Shown: positions 52,715 through 62,858, counted from the stretch's first letter. The stretch: DNA of 64,000 nt from an uncultured delta proteobacterium (GCA_963765675.1 CAVXXK010000001.1:256001-320000); one strand, 5' to 3'. Notes: generated by a model from the letters alone, not told the origin. Numbers and translations: made by a program.

Positions 52715-52882
52715 AACCGGAATTTATCACCTCGGCCGATATCACGCATTCCAAAAAAATGGTACTGCGCTCGTGTTTTCTAGCGAGCGCATACCAATGC
52801 TGTAAGGTGTTTGCGATTACTTGGCTAAACAAGTAACGTCACGCGCTAACTTCAAAAACTGACTGAACGCAGGTGTCATCGG

Positions 52883-55132
52883 ATGCGAATGCTTGAGACT
52901 CTACGTCAACACTGGATCGCCGGCCTTTTAACCGTCATAGCTCTCTCAATCTCGCTTCCCGTATCGATAGCATGTGCCGAGGACCAAATGGTTCCGATCG
53001 CCGGCAACCATTCCCCCACGGTTGACAAGCTGATCGCGCCCAAGCCGGCGCCCGGCAATACGATCCTTACGATGGGCATCAATTTGAATCCGACCAATCG
53101 TGCGGAACTCGACCGCCTGATCGCGGCCCAGCAGGACCCAACATCGCCCGACTATCATCGATGGCTCAAGACCGGTGAATTCGATAGCCGCTTCGGTCCT
53201 GATCCGGCCGTGCGCGCCGCGATCACACAGTGGCTCGAGCAAAAGGGATTCAAGCTCGCCGCTCCGGCCAGCGACCATCGCGTGATCAGGTTTCAAGGCA
53301 CTATCAGCCAGGCGCAGGATGCGTTCGGAGTGGCGATCTATTCGTCTGACGAGGGCAGGCATTACGGCAACCTGGGCGATCCGTCGATCCCGTCGCAATT
53401 CGCCGACGCGATCGGATTTATCGACGGACTCGACAACTTGCGCGGCTCCAACACTCCTCTTCACACGTCGCCGGGTTCTCCAGCCGCGCTAGCGCAAGCG
53501 AGTCCATTCGCTTCGCCAAAGGGATCCAGCGTGGGGCAGCCACAGGTGACGCGCGGTGATCTGACCGGATTCGCGCCGTCTGATCTCTATACGTTCTATG
53601 ACGAGACGCCGCTATTGAATAAGAACATCAACGGCACCGGCACAGGATGTATCGGAGTGATCGAGATTTCGGATTATTCCCCAACCGGCATGACTAACTT
53701 CGATAACGCGTTCAGCCTTCCTGCCGCCAACATCACCGACATAGTCGCTTCCGACAGCACCAACCCGGGACTGACGGACAGCCGCGCCGGCGAGACGATG
53801 CTGGATATCGAGTACTCGCACGCGATGGCGCCCGATGCTCCTATACACGTCTATATTTCGAATCCCGCCACATTCGGTGGCGACGTAATCGAAGGCACCG
53901 TCGATGCGCTCAACACCGCGGTCAACGATAACTCCTGCAGCGCCTTGAGCATCAGTATCGAGTCGTGCGGGTTTCCACCGACATACTACACCGGGGCGCT
54001 TCATACGACCTACATGCAAGCCGCTACCCAGGGACAAACGGTAATTATCGCGGAAGGGGATCAGGGTGCCGCGGAATATGACGTCGATACAGACACCAAC
54101 ACTTGCGTAGTCGGGACTACCCAGAACGTCAATGAACTTGCCTCGGATCCTTTGGTGACAGCGATCGGAGGGACCCAGTTCACGCCTAAGTACAAAAACG
54201 GCAATGATGTCGGCTTTGTTCCCGAATCGGTCTGGAATGAAGGTACTACCGATGGTGGCGACATTGGCTCCGGTGGTGGCGGCAAAAGCGTGGTGTTTGA
54301 CAAGCCCGATTTTCAGAATACCGGCACACCGGACGACGGCGCACGCGACGTTCCCGACATCTCGATGGAAGCGGCGTGCCATACTCCCGGGGTTTTCTCC
54401 GTATTTCCCACCCAGAGCAGCGGCACCGCCGTCTCTTGCTGCGCCTGCGGAACCAGCCTCGGCGCTCCCATATGGGCGGGAATCACCGAGCTGTTGGTGC
54501 AAAGCAACAGCGACACGCGGGTTGGTACTCTCAACACGCAGCTCTACAAGCTTGGAAATGAGCACAACACGGCGGCGACCGGAATCCGCGATGTCACCTC
54601 GGGCAACAACGATTTCAATGGCGTGACCGGATACAGCGCGGTGACCGGATTCGACCTTGCATCCGGATGGGGAACTCCCGACATCGCTACCTTCGTGCCG
54701 GCGTATCTCGGACAACCGGTGCCGACCCCGACGCCGAGCGGCACTCCCACCCGGACTGCAACTCCGACGGCCACGCCCACACCGGGAATGGCAAAGCTGA
54801 CCGTTACCGCCGCGATCAACTTCGGCAAAACCACGATCGTCGGTGCGACCAGCAAGCCCAAAGACGCGACGGTTAAAAACGCGAGCCCGAAAAAGGGCGG
54901 CGCGAGCGCCACGATCGGATCCGCGACCAGCAACAATTCGGTATTCGTGGTTACCGAGCAGTGCTCGCCCGCGACTCTCGCGCCGGGTAAGAGCTGCAAA
55001 ATAGCAGTAACGTTCAAGCCGACCGGCACCACGGCCGAAACCGGCGAGCTGACCATCACCGATAACGCGGCCGGTTCGCCACAGCACGTAGCTCTATCGG
55101 GGACCGGCAAAGCCCCGAAGGTGAAGAAGTGA
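52883..55132 (+). CDS. Secreted S53 (sedolisin/kumamolisin) peptidase with prodomain, PT linker and C-terminal Ig-like (ASH) domain
   Basis: ETMLD, GDQG, RDVPD, GTSLGAPIWAG, D..SGNN...GFDLASGWGTP; PTPTP linker. Confidence 0.9.
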   Translation: MRMLETLRQHWIAGLLTVIALSISLPVSIACAEDQMVPIAGNHSPTVDKLIAPKPAPGNTILTMGINLNPTNRAELDRLIAAQQDPTSPDYHRWLKTGEFDSRFGPDPAVRAAITQWLEQKGFKLAAPASDHRVIRFQGTISQAQDAFGVAIYSSDEGRHYGNLGDPSIPSQFADAIGFIDGLDNLRGSNTPLHTSPGSPAALAQASPFASPKGSSVGQPQVTRGDLTGFAPSDLYTFYDETPLLNKNINGTGTGCIGVIEISDYSPTGMTNFDNAFSLPAANITDIVASDSTNPGLTDSRAGETMLDIEYSHAMAPDAPIHVYISNPATFGGDVIEGTVDALNTAVNDNSCSALSISIESCGFPPTYYTGALHTTYMQAATQGQTVIIAEGDQGAAEYDVDTDTNTCVVGTTQNVNELASDPLVTAIGGTQFTPKYKNGNDVGFVPESVWNEGTTDGGDIGSGGGGKSVVFDKPDFQNTGTPDDGARDVPDISMEAACHTPGVFSVFPTQSSGTAVSCCACGTSLGAPIWAGITELLVQSNSDTRVGTLNTQLYKLGNEHNTAATGIRDVTSGNNDFNGVTGYSAVTGFDLASGWGTPDIATFVPAYLGQPVPTPTPSGTPTRTATPTATPTPGMAKLTVTAAINFGKTTIVGATSKPKDATVKNASPKKGGASATIGSATSNNSVFVVTEQCSPATLAPGKSCKIAVTFKPTGTTAETGELTITDNAAGSPQHVALSGTGKAPKVKK

Positions 55133-55152
55133 TCTGAGGGCGCGATCCAGAC

Positions 55153-55173
55153 GGCGGGTTAAACCCGCCCTGC
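55153..55173 (-). repeat. GTAG-like REP hairpin
   Basis: Minus strand GCAGGGCGGGTTTAACCCGCC. Confidence 0.55.
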
Positions 55174-55348
55174 TGAATTCTGCCGAGACCGCCGCGCGGC
55201 GCGATGCTTGCGTTTTCTAGCAAGCATCGTGAGCCGCCGCGCGACGAGAGTGTCTGATCCGGCGCCATTTCAGGGCGAGGGATCAGAGCGCGGGACCGCT
55301 TCGAGCGGTTGACAAGTATCCGTGCGCCACACAAAGTTCGATTCCATC

Positions 55349-56371
55349 ATGCGAGTTGCACGTCTTTACGATTTCGGCGATATCCGGGTCGAGGAAGCGG
55401 CGCGGCCCGAGCCCGGTCCCGAGGAGATCGTGGTGCGCGCCACCGCCTGCGGCATCTGCTCGGGCGATATCATGCCCTGGTACATCAGGCGCAAGGCGCC
55501 ACTGGTCCTCGGACACGAGCCGGTCGGCGTCGTCGAGGCGGCGGGTGCGTCGGTGCGCGGTTTCAAACCCGGCGACCGCGTCTTCGCGCATCATCATGCG
55601 CCCTGCTTCCAATGCGCCGCATGCCGGCGCGGCGAGTACGTGCAATGCGCGACCTGGCGCGCATCGAATCTGCGTCCGGGCGGGATGGCGGAATATTTCC
55701 TGGTCGAGGCGCCCAATCTGCGCGACACACTCAAGCTTCCCGACCAGATCGACGACGCGAACGGCGTGCTGATCGAGCCCGCTGCATGTGTGGTGAAATC
55801 GCTTGGGCGCTCGGGGCTGAAACGCGGCGAATCGATCCTGATAATCGGGCTCGGGATCATGGGCATGATGCACGTGAAGATCGCGCGCGACCTCGGTGCG
55901 GGATTTATCATCGGCGCCGACCTGTTCGAGCGCCGCGCCGCGCGTGCGCGCGAGCTCGGCGCTGACGCCGCGATCGTGGTCGTGGGCGACAACCTGGCCG
56001 AGCAGGTGCGCGAGGTAACCAACGGCGCGATGGCTGACGTGGTGATCGTCGGACCCGGCACCAGCAGGGCGATCGCGACCGGAATCGCGTGCGCGGGCAA
56101 GGGCGCGACCGTGGTGCAGTTCACCGCGACCCCGCCGGAAGACGAGCTGCTGGTGCGCCCGCACGATTTGTATTTTAACGAGACCCGGCTGGTGCCGAGT
56201 TACTCCTGCGGGCCGGATGAAACCCGCGCGGCGCTAAAGCTGGTCGAGCGCGGGGTTATCAACGCCGCAGAACTGGTGACGCATCGGTTCGCGCTCGCAC
56301 AAATCACGCAGGCATTCGCCGCCGCGCAGAAGCCCGAGTCGCTCAAGGTGATTGTAACCTTCGACGAATAG
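55349..56371 (+). CDS. Zn-dependent dehydrogenase (sorbitol/threonine DH-like)
   Basis: CGICSGD, GHE, CFQCAAC, EPAAC, GLGIMG. Confidence 0.9.
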   Translation: MRVARLYDFGDIRVEEAARPEPGPEEIVVRATACGICSGDIMPWYIRRKAPLVLGHEPVGVVEAAGASVRGFKPGDRVFAHHHAPCFQCAACRRGEYVQCATWRASNLRPGGMAEYFLVEAPNLRDTLKLPDQIDDANGVLIEPAACVVKSLGRSGLKRGESILIIGLGIMGMMHVKIARDLGAGFIIGADLFERRAARARELGADAAIVVVGDNLAEQVREVTNGAMADVVIVGPGTSRAIATGIACAGKGATVVQFTATPPEDELLVRPHDLYFNETRLVPSYSCGPDETRAALKLVERGVINAAELVTHRFALAQITQAFAAAQKPESLKVIVTFDE

Positions 56372-56386
56372 GTTTCGCGGGAATAG

Positions 56387-56418
56387 AAAAAGGGCGGATG
56401 CTTTCGCATCCGCCCTTT
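56387..56418. terminator. Bidirectional terminator
   Basis: AAAAAGGGCGGATGC-TTTC-GCATCCGCCCTTT between convergent genes. Confidence 0.85.
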
Positions 56419-56441
56419 GCTTCAAACCGTTTTAAACTAAA

Positions 56442-56864
56442 TTACGGAGTGGCTGGCGAAGCGCCTGCGTCTGGAGCTGCCGGAGGAGCTGCTGCGCCTG
56501 CGTCCGCACCGCCTGCTGCCGCACCCGAGTCGGACGCTGCGGCCGCGTGGTGGTGATGATGATAATGGCGCACTACATGATGCGGTGCCGAGGACATCGT
56601 CTTTGCCGCGATTGCCTCTGCGCGATCCGCAGCCGCCTTGGCATCGCTGGCCGCCTGCTCGACGCGGCTTGCAGCAGCCTGGGCCGAAGCCGACGCCTGC
56701 TGAGCCTTCTGGCTCGCCGCTTCTGCGCGTGACGCGGCCTGGTCAGCGCGGTTCGCCGCGTTGACTGCGCGCTGCGCCGGATCCGGCTGGTTCGAGCAGC
56801 CCGCCACCAACGCAAGGGCCAATGCAGCCCCGGCCAGAGCAACCAGTTTCGAAGATTTTCTCAT
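56442..56864 (-). CDS. Alanine-zipper lipoprotein with His-rich and Ala/Pro tail
   Basis: Lipobox VAGC, Ala heptad coil, HHVVRHYHHHHH. Confidence 0.8.
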   Translation of the reverse strand: MRKSSKLVALAGAALALALVAGCSNQPDPAQRAVNAANRADQAASRAEAASQKAQQASASAQAAASRVEQAASDAKAAADRAEAIAAKTMSSAPHHVVRHYHHHHHAAAASDSGAAAGGADAGAAAPPAAPDAGASPATP

Positions 56865-57107
56865 TAACCCTTCCATTTTTTCCTCCTGGGAAATTGCGCG
56901 GCGTCCCGAAGTCCACAGGATCAGACAACCGCCGTACGACCTTTGATTTCTCTCACCCAACCGGAGCTTCTGGGTAACTTTACACTAAGGACTGCCGCCA
57001 CTGCAACGACATTCCTTTGATAAGTGCCCTAAAGAACCCCACATTTCCTCGCAGATTTATTATTAACGATCGCCGTTCGGCGGTAAACCCCCAATTATGG
57101 TTTGCGT

Positions 57108-58829
57108 CTAGAAGTCATCGCCGCCGCCGAAATCGTCCATTCCGCCCATTCCACCCATACCTCCCATACCTCCCATTCCACCCATGCCTCCCATTCCACC
57201 CATCCCGCCCATGCCTCCCATTGCGCCGGGCATCGCGGCAGCGCGCGCCGGTTTCGCGGGGGCGTCGGCGATTGCCACTTCGGTCGTCAGCATCAGCGAG
57301 GCGGCGCTCACCGCGTTCTCGAGCGCGCTGCGGACCACTTTGGCCGGATCGATAACGCCGCTCGCAACCAGGTTCTCATACTCCTCGGTGCGCGCGTTGA
57401 ATCCGAAGTCGCCTTTGCCTTCCTTGACCTTGTTGAGCACGACGCTGGGCTCGTGACCGGCGTTGCGCGCGATCTGGCGGAGAGGATCGCTCATCGCGGC
57501 TGCGACCAACTTCGCGCCCTGCTTGCGCTCCTCGGGCAGACGCAATGATTCGACCGCGCTGATCGCGCGTACCAGCGCGACACCGCCGCCGGCGACTATT
57601 CCTTCTTCGACGGCGGCGCGCAACGCATGCACTGCATCATCGACGCGCGCCTTGCGCTCCTTGAGCTCGACCTCGGTCGCGGCGCCGACCTTGATCACGG
57701 CGACGCCACCGGAGAGCTTCGCCAATCGCTCTTGGAGTTTTTCCTTGTCGTAGTCCGAGGTCGTGTCCTCGATCTGGCGGCGAATCTGCGCGACGCGCGC
57801 GTCGATGTCGGACTTCTTGCCAGTGCCGCTGATGATCGTCGTGTTGTCCTTGTCGATTATCACGCGGCGGCATCGCCCCAGGAGCTTCGAGTCCACATTC
57901 TCGATCTTCATGCCCAGCTCTTCGGCGATAACCGTGCCGCCGGTCAGAATCGCGATATCCTCGAGCATCTCTTTGCGTCGATCGCCGAAGCCGGGCGCCT
58001 TGACCGCCGCGACTTTGAGCGTGCCGCGCAGCTTGTTCACCACCAGCGTCGCAAGCGCTTCGCTCTCGACATCCTCGGCGATGATCAGCAGCGGACGTCC
58101 GCCCTGCACGATACTTTCGAGCAGCGGCAGCATCTCGCGCAGGTTCGAGAGCTTCTTGTCATGCAGCAGGATAAGCGGCTCTTCGATCTCGCAGGTCTGT
58201 CGCTCCGGATTGGTGATGAAATAAGGCGACAGGTATCCGCGGTCGAAACGCATTCCTTCGGAATGTTCAAGGACGGTCTCGAGCCCGCGCGATTCTTCCA
58301 CGGTGATGACGCCTTCCTTGCCGACTTTGTCCATCGCATCGGCAACGATCTTGCCGAGCTCTTCGTCGCCGTTGGCGGAAACCACCGCGACCTGCTGCAT
58401 CGTCGCGTGATCCTTGACCGGCCGCGCGCTGGCCGCAATCGCCTCGACCGCTTTGGCCGCGGCCGCTTCCATCCCGCGCTTCAGATCGATCGGCGCAAAG
58501 CCCGCCGCAAGCAGCGCGACGCCTTCGCGCACCATTGCTCGCGCGAGGACGGTGGCGGTCGTGGTGCCGTCGCCGGCCACGTCGGAAGTTTTCTGCGCGA
58601 CTTCGCGGATCAGCTTCGCGCCCATGTTCTCGAAATGATCTTCGAGTTCGATTTCCTTGACCACCGTGACGCCGTCCTTGGTGACAACCGGCGCGCCGAA
58701 GCTGCGCTGGATCATCACATTGCGGCCTTTGGGTCCAAGGGTGACGCGCGCGGCGTCGGCGACAATATTTGCGCCGGCGACGATTCCGGCGCGGGCGCGT
58801 TCGTGCAGCTCAACCGTTTTGGCTGGCAT
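57108..58829 (-). CDS. groL: Chaperonin GroEL (no adjacent groES)
   Basis: [25 protein letters not shown]-terminal GGM repeats. Confidence 0.97.
   Translation of the reverse strand: MPAKTVELHERARAGIVAGANIVADAARVTLGPKGRNVMIQRSFGAPVVTKDGVTVVKEIELEDHFENMGAKLIREVAQKTSDVAGDGTTTATVLARAMVREGVALLAAGFAPIDLKRGMEAAAAKAVEAIAASARPVKDHATMQQVAVVSANGDEELGKIVADAMDKVGKEGVITVEESRGLETVLEHSEGMRFDRGYLSPYFITNPERQTCEIEEPLILLHDKKLSNLREMLPLLESIVQGGRPLLIIAEDVESEALATLVVNKLRGTLKVAAVKAPGFGDRRKEMLEDIAILTGGTVIAEELGMKIENVDSKLLGRCRRVIIDKDNTTIISGTGKKSDIDARVAQIRRQIEDTTSDYDKEKLQERLAKLSGGVAVIKVGAATEVELKERKARVDDAVHALRAAVEEGIVAGGGVALVRAISAVESLRLPEERKQGAKLVAAAMSDPLRQIARNAGHEPSVVLNKVKEGKGDFGFNARTEEYENLVASGVIDPAKVVRSALENAVSAASLMLTTEVAIADAPAKPARAAAMPGAMGGMGGMGGMGGMGGMGGMGGMGGMGGMDDFGGGDDF
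57138..57218 (-). repeat. 9-bp coding tandem repeat (GGM x9)
   Basis: Nine CATNCCNCC units on the plus strand. Confidence 0.9.
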
Positions 58830-59015
58830 CGGATTTATTCTCCATCGAATAATGCATCATGTAGCAAGTTTGAACGCGGACCCGATTTGTCCCTATGCAG
58901 CGGGTACGCGGCCATCACAAAATTAAGCAGCCTCCGGCGCATTGCAAGGGTAGTTCTGCGTGTATGTTCCCTTTATGTGCTCCGCCGGGCATGCAAGGAT
59001 GACTGTTGGAGGGTC

Positions 59016-59417
59016 ATGGTGTTGGCAAAAGTATCAGCAAGACGTCTGAAATTTCCTCGCCGCAGCGCGATGCTCGCAATCTGTTTATGCGGCGGTCTGG
59101 GCGCCGCGGCGATGGTCTCGGCGCATGCCGCGTCCGCAGCCCAGTTCACTCCGCAACTCCATCTCCGCCTGGCGCAGGACGATTCCTCATCCGCAGATCA
59201 GTCCGAAGTTCCGCCCGAGCAGGTTGAGAAATACATCGCGATCTATAAAGCGACGCAAGCCAATCACAGCCTGACGGTCGAGCAGGCCGCCACCCAGCAG
59301 GGGCTAACGGTTTCGCAGTTCCGCACGCTCGAAGGCAAGATCGAGCGCGACGACGCGTTGCGCGCGCGAGTTCGCAAGGCGCTCAGAAACAGCACCAGCA
59401 AGACTACCGAGCCTTGA
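59016..59417 (+). CDS. Exported hypothetical protein (DUF4168-like)
   Basis: GGAGG RBS, signal peptide, VPPEQVEKY...QGLTVSQF pattern. Confidence 0.7.
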   Translation: MVLAKVSARRLKFPRRSAMLAICLCGGLGAAAMVSAHAASAAQFTPQLHLRLAQDDSSSADQSEVPPEQVEKYIAIYKATQANHSLTVEQAATQQGLTVSQFRTLEGKIERDDALRARVRKALRNSTSKTTEP

Positions 59418-59475
59418 TCCCCGGATCGCCGCCGGCGCGCGCGGCGTCGGATCGATCAGAGTGAAGTCGCGCAAA

Positions 59476-59512
59476 GTGAAGTGGCGGAAGGACTATCCTT
59501 CCGCCACTTCGC
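59476..59512. terminator. Hairpin between convergent genes
   Basis: GAAGTGGCGGAAGGA-CTA-TCCTTCCGCCACTTC. Confidence 0.7.
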
Positions 59513-59529
59513 ACTCAAACGATCTAAAA

Positions 59530-59811
59530 CTACTTGGTGACCGAGGTCGAGAAAGCCGCTTCGAGCCGCGACACCGCGTCATTGGCCCGGCGCACCGAAT
59601 CCTCGGCGCCGCTGGCCGCGTCCTCAGCCTTCTTGGCGGCGGCGTCGGCCTGAGCCGCCGAAGCCTCAGCCGAGTTGGCCGCTGCTTCTGATTGGGTCGC
59701 GTCCGCTTCAGCCTTGTCACTGGCCGCGTTGATGGTCTTCATGTCCGGTCCGCAAGCGCTCAAGAACGCCACGGCTGCCAGAACTCCGAGCACAGTTGCC
59801 AACCTTTTCAT
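59530..59811 (-). CDS. Lpp/OprI-like alanine-zipper lipoprotein
   Basis: AGGAGG RBS, lipobox LSAC, Ala-rich heptads, C-terminal Lys (STSVTK). Confidence 0.85.
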   Translation of the reverse strand: MKRLATVLGVLAAVAFLSACGPDMKTINAASDKAEADATQSEAAANSAEASAAQADAAAKKAEDAASGAEDSVRRANDAVSRLEAAFSTSVTK

Positions 59812-60121
59812 TCAGAAATCCTCCTACCAGTTCCAGTCCAACCGCCAGTCCCGGTTTTATTCCGCTGTCGAACGCGTTGGAAAAATCCTAGGGTCCATCA
59901 AACACACCCTGAAATAGTTACAAATCGTTTTGACCAACGCAAGACTGAAAGATCCCTGGGGGACAAATGCCGCCGGATTAGCCAACCTGTTTCAACAGCG
60001 GTTGACAGACAAAACCTGCTACAGTTATCGTTCGATTGGTGAGCCTTAATGGCTTCGAGACTTCGGTAAACCTTCACAGTGATTTCATCGAAATTGAGAG
60101 ATTGAGGTTGGGGTCCAGCGG

Positions 60122-61573
60122 ATGTCAACGACTATCACCAGCGAATGCATCAATTGCGGCGCCTGCGAGCCCGAATGCCCTAATACCGCGATCTACGCGG
60201 GCGGAGTCGAATGGGAGCTCAACGGTGCGGTAAGCCCCGCGATCGCGCAGGATATTTTCTATATTGTGCCGTCCAAATGCACCGAATGCGTGGGCTTTCA
60301 CGATCATGAAGCCTGCGCCGCCGTATGCCCCGTAGATTGCTGCGTGCCTGACCCGGCCAATCCTGAGACTGAGGCTGTGTTGCTGGCCCGCGCACGCGAG
60401 CTTCATCCTGAAGAGACTTTTCCCGACGACGCGCCTTCGCGCTTTCGCAAAGAAGGCGGCGGCGCGGCGGCGCCCGCAGCGGCACCTGCCGCGGCGTCAA
60501 CGGACGGTGCGGGCGCATCGGCAAATGGCGCGGCGGCGGCACCTAAGCCTGCGGCAGCGCCGGCACCTGCCAAAGCGGCCCCGGCGCCTGCGGCCGCGAT
60601 GGCGCCCGCAATTGCAGCGCCGATTGCGATGGTGAATCTGCCGAAGGATATCGGCGCGCTGCCCGGTCCGCTCGGCGAGAAGCACTTCTCCGGCGAACTC
60701 GAAGAAGATTTCGACACCGTCTTGGGATGGGTCGATACCGCGCCGGTCCTTCGCGCTCCGCTTCCGGTACGAATCGCACTCAGGCTCGGCGAGCCGATCC
60801 TCGGCGCGATGCCCGACGGCGTCAAGGCGTCGCTCGAAGAGGCGGTCGGAACGACGGCGGCCTTCTCGCGCGCACGCTCGACCGCGCTCAACATGATCTT
60901 CAACCTGATTCTTTATCCCGCAATCTTCATTGCGATCTCGGTCCTCCTGATCGGCGACCCGCTGTTTTCGCTCCACACCCGGGGATGGATTCTGCTCGGC
61001 GTCCTGATCGCGGCGGCCGAAGCCGCTTGGCGCCTGCGCGAGGGCGTCGTGCATGCAAAGCCCGCGTCGGAACTGACCTATCGCGGATGCTGGTACGGTC
61101 TGGCGCTCGCTCCCATCGGCAGCCTGCTCACTCGAGGCGGCAAACGCAAAACCGAGCGCAAAGTCGCCTTCGACGGCTTCGAAACCGATATCCACGACGA
61201 CAAGACCGAACGCGACCGCCGCTACGGCACGGTTTATACCGTGCGCGAGTTTGCGAACGCATACATCGTGCGGCTCGAGATGCCCCGCAAGATGCCGGCG
61301 TCGTCGCTCAAGCGGATTTGGAACCTGCCCGACGAGATGCCCGACTACGATTACAACATGGTTCTCGGCGACAGCGTGCTGGCGATAAGCGCGAGCGTCC
61401 GCGGCGAGGCGATCCGCAAGCTGTCGTACGTGTCGTCGGCGTTTCCGGCGGATTTCCTGACCCGGATTGAGTTCGGCACGCCAGTCGCCACGTTCAAGCA
61501 TCGGATGCAGAACAAGATCCTCGACGTGATCGTGATGAAAGGCGAATCCGACCAACTTCGCAGCGCCGCTTAA
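60122..61573 (+). CDS. YfhL-type 2[4Fe-4S] ferredoxin fused to a membrane domain and a C-terminal beta-rich domain
   Basis: CINCGACEPECP and CTECVGFHDHEACAAVCP, then an Ala/Pro linker and 2-3 TM segments. Confidence 0.85.
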   Translation: MSTTITSECINCGACEPECPNTAIYAGGVEWELNGAVSPAIAQDIFYIVPSKCTECVGFHDHEACAAVCPVDCCVPDPANPETEAVLLARARELHPEETFPDDAPSRFRKEGGGAAAPAAAPAAASTDGAGASANGAAAAPKPAAAPAPAKAAPAPAAAMAPAIAAPIAMVNLPKDIGALPGPLGEKHFSGELEEDFDTVLGWVDTAPVLRAPLPVRIALRLGEPILGAMPDGVKASLEEAVGTTAAFSRARSTALNMIFNLILYPAIFIAISVLLIGDPLFSLHTRGWILLGVLIAAAEAAWRLREGVVHAKPASELTYRGCWYGLALAPIGSLLTRGGKRKTERKVAFDGFETDIHDDKTERDRRYGTVYTVREFANAYIVRLEMPRKMPASSLKRIWNLPDEMPDYDYNMVLGDSVLAISASVRGEAIRKLSYVSSAFPADFLTRIEFGTPVATFKHRMQNKILDVIVMKGESDQLRSAA

Positions 61574-61645
61574 GCTCGCCACAAGCAGTTTCGGCTTTTC
61601 GGCGGCAGCCGCCGGAGCTATGCTTAGGCAGGCAGGTGGTTTGCG

Positions 61646-62101
61646 ATGACGCCCCAGATTCGCGACGCAACGCATCGCGATCTTCCAAGGATCGTCGAGA
61701 TCGAACGCGTCGCCTTCCCAACACCTTGGAGCCTGAATTCATTTGAGCGCGAACTTACGCTTCCGTTTTCGCGCCTGACCGTAGCGGCGTCAGGTGACAT
61801 TGAATCTGCGCCGATATCGGGCTTCTTGTGCCGATGGATCGTCGCCGACGAATGCCACGTGCTCAATATCGCCGTCCATCCTGACTCCCGGCGCGCGGGA
61901 ATTGGCGCCAAACTCTTGAACGTCGCGATCGCGGACGCGAGAACCAAAAAAGCATCGGTAGTTACGCTGGAAGTCCGCCGCTCCAACCTGCCTGCGCGAT
62001 GCCTATATCGGAAGTATGAATTTGAGGAACGGCGTTTGAGGAAGCACTATTACGGACCCGGCGAGGACGCGATCGTGATGGAACTGCGCCTCGGCCAATG
62101 A
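61646..62101 (+). CDS. rimI: Ribosomal protein S18 alanine N-acetyltransferase
   Basis: FPTPWS, HVLNIAV, LEVRRSN, RKHYY..EDAIVM. Confidence 0.92.
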   Translation: MTPQIRDATHRDLPRIVEIERVAFPTPWSLNSFERELTLPFSRLTVAASGDIESAPISGFLCRWIVADECHVLNIAVHPDSRRAGIGAKLLNVAIADARTKKASVVTLEVRRSNLPARCLYRKYEFEERRLRKHYYGPGEDAIVMELRLGQ

Positions 62102-62169
62102 TTTTTGGCGTCCAAAATCTAACGATGTTCGATTTCATAGATGCCCGATTTCTATTGAAAACTACGGGG

Positions 62170-62198
62170 TTACAAATCGCGTTCAAATGTGGCATAAT
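62170..62198 (+). promoter_or_regulatory. Putative sigma70 promoter for carD
   Basis: TTACAA-17bp-CATAAT with extended -10 TG. Confidence 0.5.
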
Positions 62199-62230
62199 GG
62201 CGTATGCTGCCCAGGCGAAATCAGAAGGTG

Positions 62231-62800
62231 ATGAACACGCCGTCGTCAACCGCGCTGAAATCCAAGTCCGCCGTTCGCGCGCCCGCGCGCAGCGCCAAGG
62301 CCGAAATGAGTTTGCCGTTCAAGAAAGGTGAGAAGGTAGTTTATCCCGCCCACGGCGTTGCCGTTATCGACGACATCCAGATGCGCGTGATTTCCGGCAC
62401 CGAGCGTAGATTTTACATGCTGCGGATTCTCGGAGCCGAGAAAATGACGATCATGATCCCGACCGAGAACGTCGAGCAGGTCGGGTTGCGCCGCGTAATC
62501 GGCAAGGACATGGTCGATAAGATTTATAGAATCCTGCGCCAGCGCAAAGTCGAGGTCGACACTCAGACCTGGAACCGGCGCTACCGGGAATACACCGAAA
62601 AAATCAAAACGGGGTCACCGCTCGAGATCGCCAAAGTTTTGCGTGACCTGTTGGTGCTCAAGAGCGATAAGGAATTGTCGTTCGGCGAGCGCAAGATGCT
62701 CGACACGGCGCGAAGTTTGCTCGTCAAAGAGCTGTCGATTGCCAAGGCTCATCCAGAAGAGCAGATCATGGAAGAGTTGCGAACGATCTTCGCCAACTGA
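62231..62800 (+). CDS. carD: CarD/CdnL family RNA-polymerase-binding regulator
   Basis: FKKGEKVVYPAHGV, WNRRYRE, LSFGERKML; start uncertain (62231 or 62306). Confidence 0.93.
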   Translation: MNTPSSTALKSKSAVRAPARSAKAEMSLPFKKGEKVVYPAHGVAVIDDIQMRVISGTERRFYMLRILGAEKMTIMIPTENVEQVGLRRVIGKDMVDKIYRILRQRKVEVDTQTWNRRYREYTEKIKTGSPLEIAKVLRDLLVLKSDKELSFGERKMLDTARSLLVKELSIAKAHPEEQIMEELRTIFAN

Positions 62801-62824
62801 ACGGCAGGTGCCAATAAGATCTCG

Positions 62825-62858
62825 AAAAGGGCCGACATCGTTCGGCCCTTTTTCTTTT
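62825..62858 (+). terminator. Intrinsic terminator after carD
   Basis: AAAAGGGCCGA...TCGGCCCTTTTTTCTTTT. Confidence 0.85.

Noticed and set aside
57138-57218. CRISPR-like or VNTR array
   Set aside because: It is the coding GGM tail of GroEL, with no spacers and no cas genes.
57627-59015. 596-aa plus-strand ORF and other long antisense ORFs (e.g. 3390-4703, 23052-24332, 35816-37189, 44846-46477, 53612-55087)
   Set aside because: Shadow frames of real genes caused by high-GC codon bias. Only 59016-59417 of the 596-aa ORF looks real.
58830-59015. CIRCE element upstream of groEL
   Set aside because: No TTAGCACTC-N9-GAGTGCTAA match.
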